Positions 40,464 to 53,785 are shown, counted from the first letter of the stretch. The stretch is 64,000 bases of DNA from Eledone cirrhosa (GCA_964016885.1 OZ024740.1:85932001-85996000); one strand, 5' to 3'. The notes: generated by a model from the letters alone, not told the origin. Numbers and translations: made by a program.

Positions 40464-41760
40464 TGTGTGTGTTTGTGTGCAGAGAGAGGGAGAGAGAGTG
40501 TGCGTGAGAGAGAGAGAGAGTGTGTGCGTGTGTGAGAGAGAGAGTGTGTGTGTGTGTGTGTGAGAAAGAGAGACAGTGTGTGTGTGTGTGTGCAGAGAGA
40601 GAGAGAGACAGTGTGTGTGTGTGTGTGTGTGTGCAGAGAGAGAGGGATAGTGTGTGTGTGTGTGTGCAGAGAGAGAGAGAGAGTGTGTGTGTGTGTGTGA
40701 TAGTTTACGTTCGTACAAAGTTAAGAGGATATGTATGTGTATATTTAAATAAAAGAGTATGTGTGTGTGCTTCGAAGTAGGAAGTTGTGATATAAGTGAT
40801 TGTGTGTATGTGTGTATATATAGAGAGTGTGTATGTGTGTGTATATATATAGAGAGAGCTATGAAGGGAGAAGTAGAGGTGTGTGTGTGCATATTTTGTT
40901 GGTCTGTATCAGCTGTGAAAATATATGTTTCTGACCATAAGAGAGCCATAGGAGGAAGGAGTAAACGTGACAGGGGGGGGGGGGGGGGAGAAGTAAGCAC
41001 AAATGTATATGTGTAATATAAAAGAAATTGGGGAGGGGAGTTGAGACCATGAGGGAAACAGGGCCCAAGGCGGTAAATCAGACTCTGTTCAGTCCTGGTG
41101 CGCGAGGCCTGTGATCCGTGATGTAAAAGGACAAAAAGGACTGAGACATATAGGGAAGAGTGACCTGGGGAACAGAAATGACGGGCAACGGGAGTATCCA
41201 TACCGAGTCTTATGTCCCTCAAATGTTCAGCCAAACGGCGTCCCATTTGTCTGATGTATAAGGACCTGCAAAGGGAACAACGTAGGGCATAAATAACGTG
41301 GGTCGAGGTGCAGGAAAATGAGTGGCGGATACGTACTGGGAGAAGATCTGGGCTTCGACGTAACCAACAAACAAGTTGGCAAAGTTCGGACCCATTCTGG
41401 TTCCCATCGCTACTCCAGAGACCTGCTGATAGAACTCACCGGAAAACGAAACCCCATTGAGGGTCAAAACAAGCACAGCCAGACGGAGAAGAGTGGTAGT
41501 GCTAGGGTAGGAGATAGGCTGTAAGCCTAAAAAGTGTCGGAATGCGGAGGCCGTCATCATGATGGATGGCGGGATAGAGAGAGATGATGTCCAAGGTGAA
41601 GAGAAGTAAGAGAGACCAGGAGGGAAGGAGAAGGAGTTAAAGAGTTTAAGGGTGTCGTGGAGACCAGGAGGGGAAGTTGACAACTAACGAAGCAGGGAGG
41701 GTATCTAAGTATTCTGAAATGATTTCGGTGGGGCAGTTGCAAGCGGAAATGATAGGACGG
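39790..41760 (-). mobile_element. Penelope-like element remnant (RT plus C-terminal GIY-YIG) with two tandem pseudo-LTR copies
   Basis: QQVSGVAMGTRMGPNFANLFVG; CSLCRSLYIRQMGRRLAEHLRDI..PVARHF; direct repeats 39815-39899 and 40130-40215. Confidence 0.82.
40180..40215 (-). ncRNA. Minimal hammerhead ribozyme (one core substitution) in a PLE pseudo-LTR
   Basis: TCTT-CTGGTGA-A-GGAC TGGC GTCC-GAAAC-GTT-AAGA; more degenerate copy at 39865-39899. Confidence 0.6.
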
Positions 41761-41969
41761 CAAAAACAAATGTCACATATCAAGCGATGCCTGTGCTTGA
41801 AGCTTTTTTAAGTGAGGAAAGGCTTTGCACGGGGCCAATCCCACTCTCTGAAGATCGAATGCATTTACCCAAAAATAAGAACTGCTCTACATCATTGGAT
41901 GCAAACGAAGTCGCAGGTTTTATATCAGAGTGACCTTTTCCTAGAGCGATGTCTTAATGAAGACTAGGA

Positions 41970-42000
<31 letters not shown>

Positions 42001-42003
<3 letters not shown>

Positions 42004-44329
42004 AAAGTTAAACAAGGTTCAATGAATACATCAAAGAATGAGTTTTACAATAGATTGGAATCACTCAACAGAAAAGGTTTTCCAGAGTTATTAATACAAA
42101 GGAGACCTAATTAATAATTATGAAAACTTAATTAACAAAAAAAGTGAATTATTCTCAAACTGCCTTCATAAAGCTTTGTCTACTTCCAAGCCTCGCAAAA
42201 AGTCAGGAAAAAACAGTAAACAATCAGGCCTGATTTTAGACGTCACTTATCAACTGTTTGACATAAAAAGTCATAACGGTTTATAAAACTTTAATAATGC
42301 TTTATCTTCTAATCATTTATGATAGAATTAATGTTAGAATGAAGGACACTCGTTTGATAACTTGTTTACTTGATAGATATTCATACCTTATGACTTTTTG
42401 GATATTTATAACTTTGATTCAGATCTGTATTTATCTGTCTCTGTTTTAAATATATAGTTTGTATTTATCTGTCTCTGTTTTAAATATATAGTTTGGATAT
42501 TTAACTTGTAAATTTACTGATTATAATTGAACTGTGGATCATTCATGCGTTTCCATATTTTATTTTATATATTTTACTCATTTTGAGTATGTTTTTGGGG
42601 ACTCAGAAAGTTAGATTTGCATTTGTTTTTTTTATGTATATCTAGGTATAAATATAACAAACCATAATAGCCGACAAATATTGGTCTATCTCTCCACTGA
42701 ACTGGAGGTAAAACTACATTTTTAGCATTACTAATAATGATTATAATTATTATTTTTTATTAAATGTATACCGTTTCATTAACACCTATAATAATATCTC
42801 TATATAGTTGTACAAATATCTTTATCTAGTGTAATAACATAATCGTAGTTACATTTATAAATAATTTAGACACTCAAATGACTTTATATTGTTATAAGTC
42901 TTTGATATTCCCTGGAAGGTCGAACTTATATAATCATTTACTTAATATAATATAATATAATTTAATTTAACTTATTGTATTTTATTTTATTTTAATTAAA
43001 TTTAGATTACCTTCGGCTTTTTCAAATATTTAGCTCCTCTTTATATCACATTCGCTAAAATATTTTAGATATATCTTTTCTATACTATATTAAAACCCTA
43101 TTGCATTTATAATACATTTTTAATATCGGGCATCTTTAAGTTTCGCAAACAATTCATTTTCTTTTATTTGTATACTTATTTTGTATCTAGCCCCTATCAT
43201 TGGGACTCATATAGTTTTGACATATCTTTATAGTATATATCAACTAAATGAAAATAATTGATATAAAACATTAATTCTTTAGCAATATTTTTAACAACAT
43301 TATTAACTATATATATTTTTGAACAATACTTTCAGTAACTTATTTACTATATTGCATTATTGCATTATTGTATTATATTATATATATTTGAAAGGTATCA
43401 CCTCAATTCTAAACAAATAATAAACTATAATCTTTGTATTTTTTTATCAATACATATTTGTAATTAAAAATTCGGACTTATTTATGTTTAGTTATAAGGC
43501 CGGTTGATACTTTAGGCACTCAAACTATTTAACAATAGATTCTTTAATAATTATAACTATAATTATTTTATAAATTATATTATAGAAACGGTTGTCAATA
43601 TTATAAATAATTTTGGTAAACATTACCTTCGTGAAGTTATAAAAGCATTATAGATATTTTCTTTCTCGTGTTTCGTAAATCCTTTAAATTTGTTTTCGTA
43701 AAATTTGAATTTTAGAAATTAAACATAATTATATTATAATATTAATACAAATACCTATTAACTTTTAAAACCTAAAATATTATTCATTACCCTGAAATAA
43801 CTTAAATATTTTGAAAATTAACCGCCAACTATATTATTTTGGACATGTGTTGCTTATATGGAGATCTGTGTATATAAACTTGAACATCAATTACTCCCCT
43901 TTGTCTCTCTCTCTCTTTAATCATCTTTCATCTGTTTTTTTAAGCCACCTACTAAATATATTATCACATCAGCTGTTTCTTCCTCTATGCTTTCCTTTCC
44001 CTCCTCTTTCTCCAGTAACTTTTAAAAATTGAAAATTTTTATAACTGTTATATTGATGCCATGTATTTCTTAAACTCTATTACACGCACCCTCTCTATTG
44101 TTTGTATTATGTTATCTCATGTTCTCAATATTATGGTATAAATATTGAGTTTTGTCATAAGTTAATCACTACCGTGACTGAATCTTAACCATCTACTATG
44201 TCAGGGTATGTCATATATCATTTTATTTTATCTGATGAGGACGTACTGTTGAACTTAACTCAGTACCTATGAAATATGTATAATAAAATATAATTGATCA
44301 CAAGAATATCTATTTTGTTAATATTTGAA

Positions 44330-44335
<6 letters not shown>
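42001..44335 (-). mobile_element. Highly decayed AT-rich Penelope-like element flanked by (TA)n
   Basis: Minus-strand motif remnants in the correct order: LPKL (~43600), SNIYN (~43380), I*VPMIG (~43200), KRYI*NIF (~43070), KLYI* GIY-YIG-like (~42490). Confidence 0.5.
44224..44290 (+). ncRNA. Type I minimal hammerhead ribozyme
   Basis: Stem I TATTTTAT/ATAAAATA, CTGATGA, stem II GTACTG/CAGTAC, GAAA-TATGTA-TA. Confidence 0.72.
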
Positions 44336-44376
<41 letters not shown>

Positions 44377-44395
44377 GGCAACACTCATCTTTATA

Positions 44396-44431
<36 letters not shown>

Positions 44432-46022
44432 TATTTAAAGGTTAAACAAGGTTCAATGAATAAATCAAAGAATGAGTTTTACAAAGATTGGAAGCACTCA
44501 ACTGTTGAAGTTAGCTCAGTACCTCTGAAATATGTATAATAAAATATACTTGATCACACGAATGTCTATTTTTATTAATATTTTGAATTAATATATATAA
44601 TATATAATATATATAATATTCTCATAACCTTTGTAATATGTATAAAAAAAATATATATTTTGGTTATGAGAATATTTTCAATAATATTAAATAGTCCAGA
44701 AAAAAATAGCTGTCGAGTGCTTCTAATCTATTGTAAAATTGTATTCGTTGAATAATCAACGAACCACTTTGGTCATATATATATATATATGACTCCTATG
44801 ATTATATATATATATTCATACATATTATTCATAGATTATACAGTGACTCAAAGACACTTTCTTATGCACTATATCATTTCTACCAGCGCACCACTCTCAC
44901 ATGTTGCATCATACAGTAATGGATTAGATTGTGATATCTTTTAAGCAATTCATATGAGTGATATAACTCTATCTAAGTTTGAATTTATCTGTTTCTTTTT
45001 ATAGGAAGCTGGGAAAGATTATCATCTAGAGCCGCTATTTACATCATTAGACTTATCTACTGATGTCGAGAACATACGTAATCATTAATTAAAACAAAAA
45101 TCAATGTAAAATCTATTAGTTACTATAATCAACTTAACTGTAATCAAATAAAAGACGATGATATTTGTTTGTGTAAGTTATCACACGTGTGTTTGTGCTG
45201 ATATACACACACATACCCACACATAATTACACACAGAGATACACACACTTACAGGCAAACATACATACATATATACATACATACATGCATACATATATGC
45301 TTTCATTCATACATTCATATATACATATATACATACATTCGTGCATACATACATTGACACATACATACATACATACATACATACATACATACATACATAC
45401 ATACATACATACATACATTCATACATTCATATATACACACACACATATATATGTGCGTAATTGTTTGTGTTTTTGAATCTGTGTGTAAACAACAGCGGTA
45501 GCGAGAGAGAGAGAAAGAGAGAAAGAGAGAGAGAGAAAAGTTTGGAAATATAATTCTATTAAACACTTATCCTGTATAACTGTATGAATAATTTGGAGAT
45601 TGAAAATCAGTGTTTCACTGCAGATTCAGTATCAAGCGGGGCTCCCTTAAAACAGACTAGAATTCCCGAAAACTAAATGAACTGGGATAGTTATGGTGGT
45701 GGTAGTTGTGGTGGTGGTGGTGGTGTGCGTGGAGGGGGGGGGGGATAAAGTGTTGCCAATAGAAAAAGAAGATGGTGTTGTCTTTTAGCCTCATATCTAT
45801 CTGGCCCAATAGATTTATAATCAAAGCTTTCCATCCATGACCATCGCGGCTTATTTTGAGATATAAAATACTTATGACTACAGTATTCAACGTATGCATG
45901 CTTGTATGTTCTGGTTTTATTACTTTATAAATGTTCAGCAGAGAGAGATAGAGAGAGTCAGTTTGTATCACAGAAGCAAGACTATTTCCCTCGAATTTAG
46001 AGAACATCAACTAGGTAAATAC

Positions 46023-46130
<108 letters not shown>

Positions 46131-46194
46131 GCATGTGTGGATCAGTATGTTTTGAGTTGTATCACATTTTTCTGTATCTATACATTTGTAAATG

Positions 46195-46775
46195 CTGTTT
46201 TTCTGAAAAGCTGTATTTCTGAAAAGCTATACATATTTTCACAGATCCATTAATAGACTGTATTTGCAGCTTCCTAACTAGCCGTGGTGTTTCTAGTTCT
46301 GTGAAGCCCTGCTTCTGAAGATTTTTATTGAGGCAGTTAGTAACATACCCAAGAACGCCAATTATGACAGGCGCAAATGTAAAAGTATAGTAAAGGTGGA
46401 CTATCTGCAGATTCCTCAATAGTTCAACATAAATGTTCTCTCTTTCGCTAATCTTCAGCATTATATTGACATCTGCTGGGCAATTGAGTTCCACTACTGT
46501 GCCTACCTTCGTTTCTGTACCATATCTCGATGTCTGGTCTGTTATGTTTGAGAAATAGTGGGATTTTGACTGAAAAATTCCACTAATATTTTTTTATATT
46601 ATGTATGCATATGACCTTCACATAACTAACTTTTTAAACGCTTATTCTCATGGCTACCCTTTTTACAGATTGCATTCCATAGTGTTTTGGACACTACATC
46701 TTGCCTCGTAGGTAGATTGTTCCGTGATGAGATATTTGAACAGCTGCTTATGATGTAGGTGACATCTTCCATGTT
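46195..46775 (-). mobile_element. Decayed RLE-type non-LTR 3' fragment
   Basis: EDVTYIISSC, HNRPDI, ELNCPAD, PVIIGVLG. Confidence 0.7.
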
Positions 46776-47621
46776 TATTGTCTGTGAGTGTGTGTAACTC
46801 TGCGTGTATGTATATGTGGGTATGTGTGTATATATCAGCACAAACACACATCTCGTGTATCATCAGATGTGTATCACATCTTGCTTGCATCTCTATCTCT
46901 TTTGTGTATTTTGTATTTTGTATTATTTCCTGTTCTTCATTTACAAAAGCATATCATTCAACTTGAGAGCCAATATACCGGTTGTTAATCCAAGATAGAC
47001 TACTTTTTTTTATCTAGATTACTCTCACTTTGAAGCTTTTCGCAACATAATCATGTATGGTTTTTTTAACTGATAAGTATGCAGCTTTCATTCATGGATT
47101 CATCGCGGTATGTATGTATGTATGTATGTATGTATGTATGTATGTATGTATGTATGTATGTATGTATGTATGTATGTATGTATGTATGTATGTATGTATG
47201 TATGTATGTATGTATGTGAGGGAGCTTATAGATAGGACAACACACGCTGTCTTTTCGTGGGGTAAGTTTTTAATTAATTTTTGTATTCTGAAACATCAAA
47301 ATACAACAATTTGTTGGTCACTGGACTCGGGAATGTCACGACAGAAGTTTGTGGAAGTTACACAAATATTTTAGTATATTTTAGCAGAGCAATCCTTATT
47401 TATATTTTACATTTTACATTTACTTACATCTCAATATAACATGGCTAAAATTCAAATTTTGCAAAGAGAAGAAAACGGTCAAATGAACTAGATACATCTC
47501 ACTGTCCACACCACCACAATAACGTCTACACTCTCTCCCCACCATCACATGTCATTACCATACCATACCCTATCTAGACTAAAGTCATCGACTTGTTGTC
47601 AAACTCTCTACTCTCTGTTGA

Positions 47622-47693
<72 letters not shown>

Positions 47694-47994
47694 ATGTGTG
47701 TATATACATCACTCAGTCAAACGACCAGATTTCAACCCCAACATCTACAACAACAACACCGGCACTAATGTTTACAGCAATAACAGCTTCAGAATGAACT
47801 GAAATGAACATTTACAACAACAACAACAGCGGCATCAAAAGATAACAAAAAGGAAACAAACAAAAAAACTCAAAATAACAAAACACACACACACACCCAC
47901 ACAACACAACAACAACATCAACTGCCACCACCACCACTGCCACCACCGCCGCCATCACCATCACCAGCGATCGGGCCTTAAAAAAACAACTTTA

Positions 47995-48148
47995 ATAATA
48001 ATTTTTCTGCTTTTGGCACGGATCCAGCGACTGGCCCAGCGCATCACTGGTATTCTCTTTTGTTGACTCCGTGGGGTTGAAAGGCAAGGTTGACCTCGGC
48101 GGGATTTAAGCTCAGAGCGTGGAGAGCCATAACTCTCTGCTGTAAAGC
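47995..48148 (-). mobile_element. tRNA-derived SINE, partial
   Basis: Similar to 26159-26339. Confidence 0.7.
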
Positions 48149-48253
48149 AATTATAATAATACTGGACTGTAGGACGATCGGCTTCAACTATACAAACTCT
48201 TGAAAGTCAACAGTTGACATCATCTTGTAATCTTGTATCAGTAATGACGGTAT

Positions 48254-48284
<31 letters not shown>

Positions 48285-48414
48285 AAGTGAGTAGAGTAGC
48301 GTGTGTGTGTTTGTTTGTATGTATGAGTGTTGCTGTGTGCGCGCATATGTATGCGCGTGTGTGTATGTCGTACGTATAAGTGTCAATAAGTGATTTTTTT
48401 TTTTTTTTTTTTTT

Positions 48415-48700
48415 GCGCGGGGACAGAAATTATCAGGCTGGATGCCCGATCGCGCAGTTAAACCACTGGGAGTGAAGAACCCCTAGCCCTTGTCAGGGCA
48501 TTCTTCTAGGAGAAGGCATCTCAGGAAACTGGGTTAACTCCGACATAAAACCTGCGGCTCAGTAGTTGATCTTTTCTTCCTTTCGGGTTATAGCTACTGT
48601 CGCTCAGAGGGTGGGATTGGCTCAGTGCACAGTCTTTCCTCACTTTAAAAATATTCGTCACGCACAGGCATTGCACGAGTGCATTAATAATTATTAATAG
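48415..48700 (+). mobile_element. RTE-derived non-autonomous element, 5' part
   Basis: Reverse-complement homolog at 63020-63299; TCTAGGAGAAGG motif recalled from RTE 5' UTRs. Confidence 0.7.
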
Positions 48701-48741
48701 TGTACTATTATTATTATTATTATTATTATTGTTATTGTTAT

Positions 48742-49800
48742 TCCTTGAATCTCAGTCATTGATGTTGGTTAACTGGAAAGTCCGTTGGATTGAATATCAA
48801 GCCACTACCTGCAGCCTCAGATATTCAGGACGTATCGGAGGGTTCTTGCTGTTCCAAGCAAGCATGCCTTTTGAAGCGTTCCAAAAAGCGTGAAGGGGCC
48901 GATTTTCTTTAACCATCCCTGGAAACCTTTGGAGATAGTCCCCAGTGCGCCTATGACAATCGGGATCACTTTGACTTCATGGCAGTTCCAAATCCTTTTC
49001 ACCTCCCACTTTAGGTCCTGGTATCGGTTAATTTTCTCCCTCTCCTTCTCTTGCACTCTCGTGTCGAACGGGCAGGCCACATCCACAATCAGGCACGATC
49101 TTTTTTCTTTGTCCACAACCACCAGGTCAGGTCTATTGTGTTCCAGTTTTTTGTCCGTCTGTATCCTAAAATCCCACAGCACCTTCACCTGACTGTTCTC
49201 CATCACCGCCTCTGGCCTATGCTCATACCATTTCTCAGAATGTGGTAGATTGTTTACTTTGCACAGGTGCCAGTGGATCACCCTGCCCATCACATCGTGT
49301 CTCCAGCCCTTATAGTGGGTCTGGGCTAGGTGTTTACACTCGGACACAATGTGAGCCACAGTCTCCTCTCTCTCTCCACAGATCCTGCACAGTGGGCTAG
49401 CCTCCTCCTTGTAGATATGGTGCTTCAACCACTTCGTTTTGAGGGCCTGCTCCTGCGCAGCCATTAGCATTCCTTCTGTAGCCTTTTTGAGGTCTCCTCT
49501 TCTCAACCAGTTCCATGTCTGTGGATCTCTAAATTCAGTTTTCTCAAAGAAGGTACTATGAAGGGATTTTCCCTTAAGGCTGCTCTTCCTCCTTGATGTT
49601 ATTTCCTCCTTGGATATCCCCTGGCCTACTGTCCCCTCCTTCAGTACAGCTCTGAGCATTGGCTCCTTACTATAGGTCACGTATTTGTATAGGTTGTTTT
49701 TCTCCATCTGAACACAGTCCTCTATGCTGATAAGACCTCTTCCACCCTCAGATCTCCTTAGGTAGAGTCTATCGACATCACTCCTATCGACATCACTCCT
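48742..49800 (-). mobile_element. 5'-truncated R4/Dong-like RLE non-LTR retrotransposon in (TAA)n
   Basis: (AAT)n on both sides; RLYLRRSEGGRGL, CCHC, PD..D endonuclease. Confidence 0.85.
48817..49782 (-). CDS. Uninterrupted C-terminal part of an R4/Dong ORF (CCHC plus restriction-like endonuclease), 5'-truncated
   Basis: CRICGEREETVAHIVSEC, RHD, HNRPDLVVVD..DVACPFD..EKINRYQDL; frame open upstream to SDVDRLY. Confidence 0.8.
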   Translation of the reverse strand, partial: SDVDRLYLRRSEGGRGLISIEDCVQMEKNNLYKYVTYSKEPMLRAVLKEGTVGQGISKEEITSRRKSSLKGKSLHSTFFEKTEFRDPQTWNWLRRGDLKKATEGMLMAAQEQALKTKWLKHHIYKEEASPLCRICGEREETVAHIVSECKHLAQTHYKGWRHDVMGRVIHWHLCKVNNLPHSEKWYEHRPEAVMENSQVKVLWDFRIQTDKKLEHNRPDLVVVDKEKRSCLIVDVACPFDTRVQEKEREKINRYQDLKWEVKRIWNCHEVKVIPIVIGALGTISKGFQGWLKKIGPFTLFGTLQKACLLGTARTLRYVLNI

Positions 49801-49801
49801 C

Positions 49802-49850
<49 letters not shown>

Positions 49851-49882
49851 TATTATTACCTTTTTTTTTTTTTTTTTTTTTT

Positions 49883-52800
49883 CCAATTCAATGATGTTCC
49901 AGAACAATATGAAAGAGATAATTGGCAATTTAGGCTCTGGAACAAAAAAGATCATTGGCAATAAGGGCAGGGGCCCCAGGTTATCACAGCCTGGGCCCGC
50001 TCGTCATCGTGCCATTGTAATAGAGCCAAACAAGGCATTTAGTCTTGGCTGCTGGAACGTACGGACGCTGCTTGACAGGGATTCCTTGGAGCGTCCTGAA
50101 CGAAGGACCGCTCTTGTTGCAAAGGAGCTTCGACGTTAGGATCTTGACATCGTGGCTTTATCTGAGACGAGGTTAGCTGGAGATGGTCATCTTACGGAAT
50201 TTTGTGGAGAATATACATTCTTCTGGAAAGGAAGAGATGAAGGAACCAGAAGAGAGGCTGGGGTAGGATTTGCTGTTAAGACTGTGCTTGTGAACAAATT
50301 AGAATAATTACCAGTAGGATTAGTGAGCGTCTTATGTCCATGAGAGTTCCGCTGGACAAGGGAAGATATGCTACCCTGGTGAGTGTGTATGCTCCAACTA
50401 TGAGTTCTGTCGATGAGGAAAAGGTGTCCTTTTACCATGCCTTGAAAGGTGTTTTAAGAAATATCCCTCAGGCAGACAAAGTCATCGTGCTTGGTGACTT
50501 TAATGCTAGAGTGGGTAGGGATTTTAACACATGGAATGTAATCGGAAGGCATGGGGTGGGAAAGTGTAACAGCAATGGTATGCTCCTGCTGCAGATGTGT
50601 GAGGAGCTGGATCTGTGTGTTACCAACACCATGTTCCAACAAAAGAACAAATTCAAGACCACATGGATGCATCCTGCATCTAAGGAATGGCATCTTTTGG
50701 ACTACGTCCTAGTCAGGATGCGTGACAGACAGGATGTGCAGTGTGTTCGTGATCTTCGTGGAGCTGAGTGCTGGACGGACCACCGCCTGGTACGCGCAAA
50801 AGTGAAACTAATCACTAAGCGTAAAATCCGGGCTCCTGGTGTTGCCCTGCCCAAAAGGTTGAATGCTGCTCGTCTTAAGGGTAAAAATGTGAAGAGGACA
50901 TTGGAAGAAGAGATGCAGGCTGCAGATTTTGGTGAGGATTGGCCGACCCTTAAAAAGTCGGTTTATGATGTAGGCAGGCGTGTTCTGGGATTGGCGCAGA
51001 GGAAACATCAGGACTGGTTTAATGAGAATGATGTACATATAGAAGACTTGTTGGCTGATAAGAGGCGTGCTCTGTCACGCTACTTGACGGCAAAACCACA
51101 GGAGAGGAATACGTTGCATGAGGAACTTAGGGATGTAAAATCACGTGTTAGGCGGAGTCTTTCTCAGATGAAGGATGAGTGGTGGAGTGAGAAGGCTGGT
51201 GAGATACAAACTGCGTCTGATTCCAATAACACAAAGCTGTTGTACAGTCTCTTGCGTGAGGTTTATGGACCGTCTTCTTCTCTGGTGACACCGCTTCGCA
51301 GCAAGGATGGCAAATAACTTCTTCGTGACTCACAAGGAATTCTACGAAGGTGGCGAGGGCACTTTGATGATCTTTTGAATCAGCCGTCTGTCGTCAGTGA
51401 AGATTTCCTCAATCTCATTCCAGAAAGTCCTGTGAAAGTAGCTCTCGCAGAACCTCCAACGCTTGTGGAGGTTGCAGTGGCTATTTCGAAGCTGAACAGT
51501 GGAAGATCTCCAGGTATGGATGGCATACATGCTGAGCTCCTACAATGTGGTGGTGAGAGACTCCTGCAACATCTTCACTCTTTGTTTGGCAGGATATGGG
51601 CTAATGAATCCGTACCTGAGGACTGGAGAGATGCAGTAATGGTGGTCTTGTACAAGGGAAAGGGTAACAGGAACGATTGTGGGAACTACAGAGGTATATC
51701 ATTGCTTTCTGTCGTAGGGAAAGTTTTATGTAGGGTGCTTCTGGACCGTCTGCTGACACACATTGCAGATTGTGTTCTTCCTGAAAGTCAATCTGGTTTT
51801 CGTGCTGGATGCGGCACTACTGATATGATCTTTTCAGCTAGACAACTCCAGGAGAAGTGCATGGAACAAGGCTTGGATCTGTATCAGATTTTTGTCGATC
51901 TGACAATAGCTTTCGATACTGTTAACAGAGATGCATTATGGAAGGTTCTCCAGATACTTGGTTGCCCTGATAAGTTCCTTGCTTTAGTTAGGTCTTTCCA
52001 TGACGACATGAAGGCTTGGGTTAATGTCGGGGGTAACATGTCGGAGCCTATCTCAGTAAAAAATGGAGTGAAACAGGTGGATATTCCAGCACCGACCCTG
52101 TTTGCCATATACTTTGCAATGGTTTTCTGTATTGCATTCAGGAATTGCGAGCATGGTGTTTACATCCGATATCGAACCTCGGGCAGCATATTTAACATCA
52201 GACGCTTTGATGCGAAGACAAAAGTATTTACATCAATCATAAGAGACCTCTTGTATGCAGATGATTGCGATCTTGTAGCGCACACAGAGAGTGATATGCA
52301 GCACATTTTGAATGCATTTTCTGACGCTTGCACTGCCCTAGGTCTGACTGTCAGTCTCAAGAAAACCGTCGTCATGTACCAACCTGCCCCTGGTTAGCAG
52401 TACACTGAACAAAACATCTATGTGTATGGCAAACGACTTAGAGTGGTTGATCAGTTTGTCTACCTGGGAAGCACTGTCAATCGATACGGCAACCTTGACA
52501 GTGAAATCTCAATTAGGATTAGGAAAGCAAGTGATGCTTTCGGAAAGCTAGAAAGGCGACTCTGGGGTCGGCGAGAGATATGCAGGAGGACAAAGGTAAA
52601 GGTGTACAGGGCATGTGTGCTCTCTTGTCTTCTTTATGCCTGCGAGACCTGGGTCACATATCGACACCACCTTAAGCGATTGGAGCGTTTCCATCAGATG
52701 TGTCTCAGGCGGATCCATGGCGTTCACTGGAGGGACCACATCAGTGATGTCGAGATTTTGGAAAGCTCTATGTGTGACAGTATAGAAGCTCTTGTGCTTA

Positions 52801-53633
52801 AGCAACGACTCCGTTGGGGAGGTCACCTTGCCAGGATGAAGGATTCTAGAATACCAAAACAACTCTTTTGTCGAGAGTTAGTTAAAGGAAAACGACCGCC
52901 ACATAAACCAAAAAAGAGGTATAAGGATTCCTTGAAAGCCTCTCTGAAAAAACGCTAACATCTCTGCTGATACATGGGAAAATATTGCTGCTGATCGTAA
53001 TAAATGGAGAAAGACTGTATATGAGGGAAAAGTTGCCTTTGAGGCATCTCGAATCGCACACGAGAAAGTAAAGCGGGATGTGAGGAAGGGCATTGCTGTT
53101 GCACTTCCAGACAGCGAGGGTCCTCCTATGGTGCTGACATGCAGCGTCTGTGCGAGACTCTGCCTAAGCAAAGCTGGACTCGAAAGTCATCTTCGCAGTC
53201 ATAAAGTAAGACCAGCGGTTGACTACCAGGCTGCTGTTGGAGATGCTACTCATCATGCTTGCCAAACATGTGGTAGAGAATGTAAATCAGCAGGAGGGCT
53301 CAAGCGACATGCAAAAGTACACAAACTCCAACCACAGCCGACTATTCACAGTGAATGTTTTGGATGCCGACTCTGTGCAAGACATTTTAGATCATTGGCT
53401 GGGCTAAAAAGCCACATTCGATCGCAGCGCTGTTAGTTGCTATCGTGTGTGTGTGTAGATATGCTTACGTGTGTGCATGTGTGTGTATATATATATGTAT
53501 ATGTATATTATTATTGTTGTTGTCGTCATTATTATTGTTGTTATTATTATTATTATTATTATTGTTATTAATGTATGTGTGTGTGTATATGTGTGTGTGA
53601 GTATGTGTGTGTATGTGTATGTGTGTATATATG

Positions 53634-53664
<31 letters not shown>

Positions 53665-53690
53665 CTTTTTTTTTATTTTTATTTTCTTTT

Positions 53691-53723
<33 letters not shown>

Positions 53724-53785
53724 TTTTTTTTTTTTTCACCTCGTGCAATGGCCATACTCGATAACGAGGGGGCAGCCATCATCAT
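49883..53785 (+). mobile_element. Near full-length RTE (BovB-like) LINE
   Basis: Single-ORF APE-RT layout. 3' boundary ambiguous (53450 or 53785). Confidence 0.88.
49891..53436 (+). pseudogene. RTE ORF: APE, RT and three C2H2 zinc fingers; several stops and frameshifts
   Basis: WNVRTL, GDFNARVG, TDH, YRGISLL, FVDLTIAFD, GVKQ, LLYADD, YACETW; CSVC..H..H, CQTC..H..H, CRLC..H. Confidence 0.9.

Noticed and set aside
53080-53436. Host C2H2 zinc-finger gene
   Set aside because: Continuous with the RTE ORF across one frameshift
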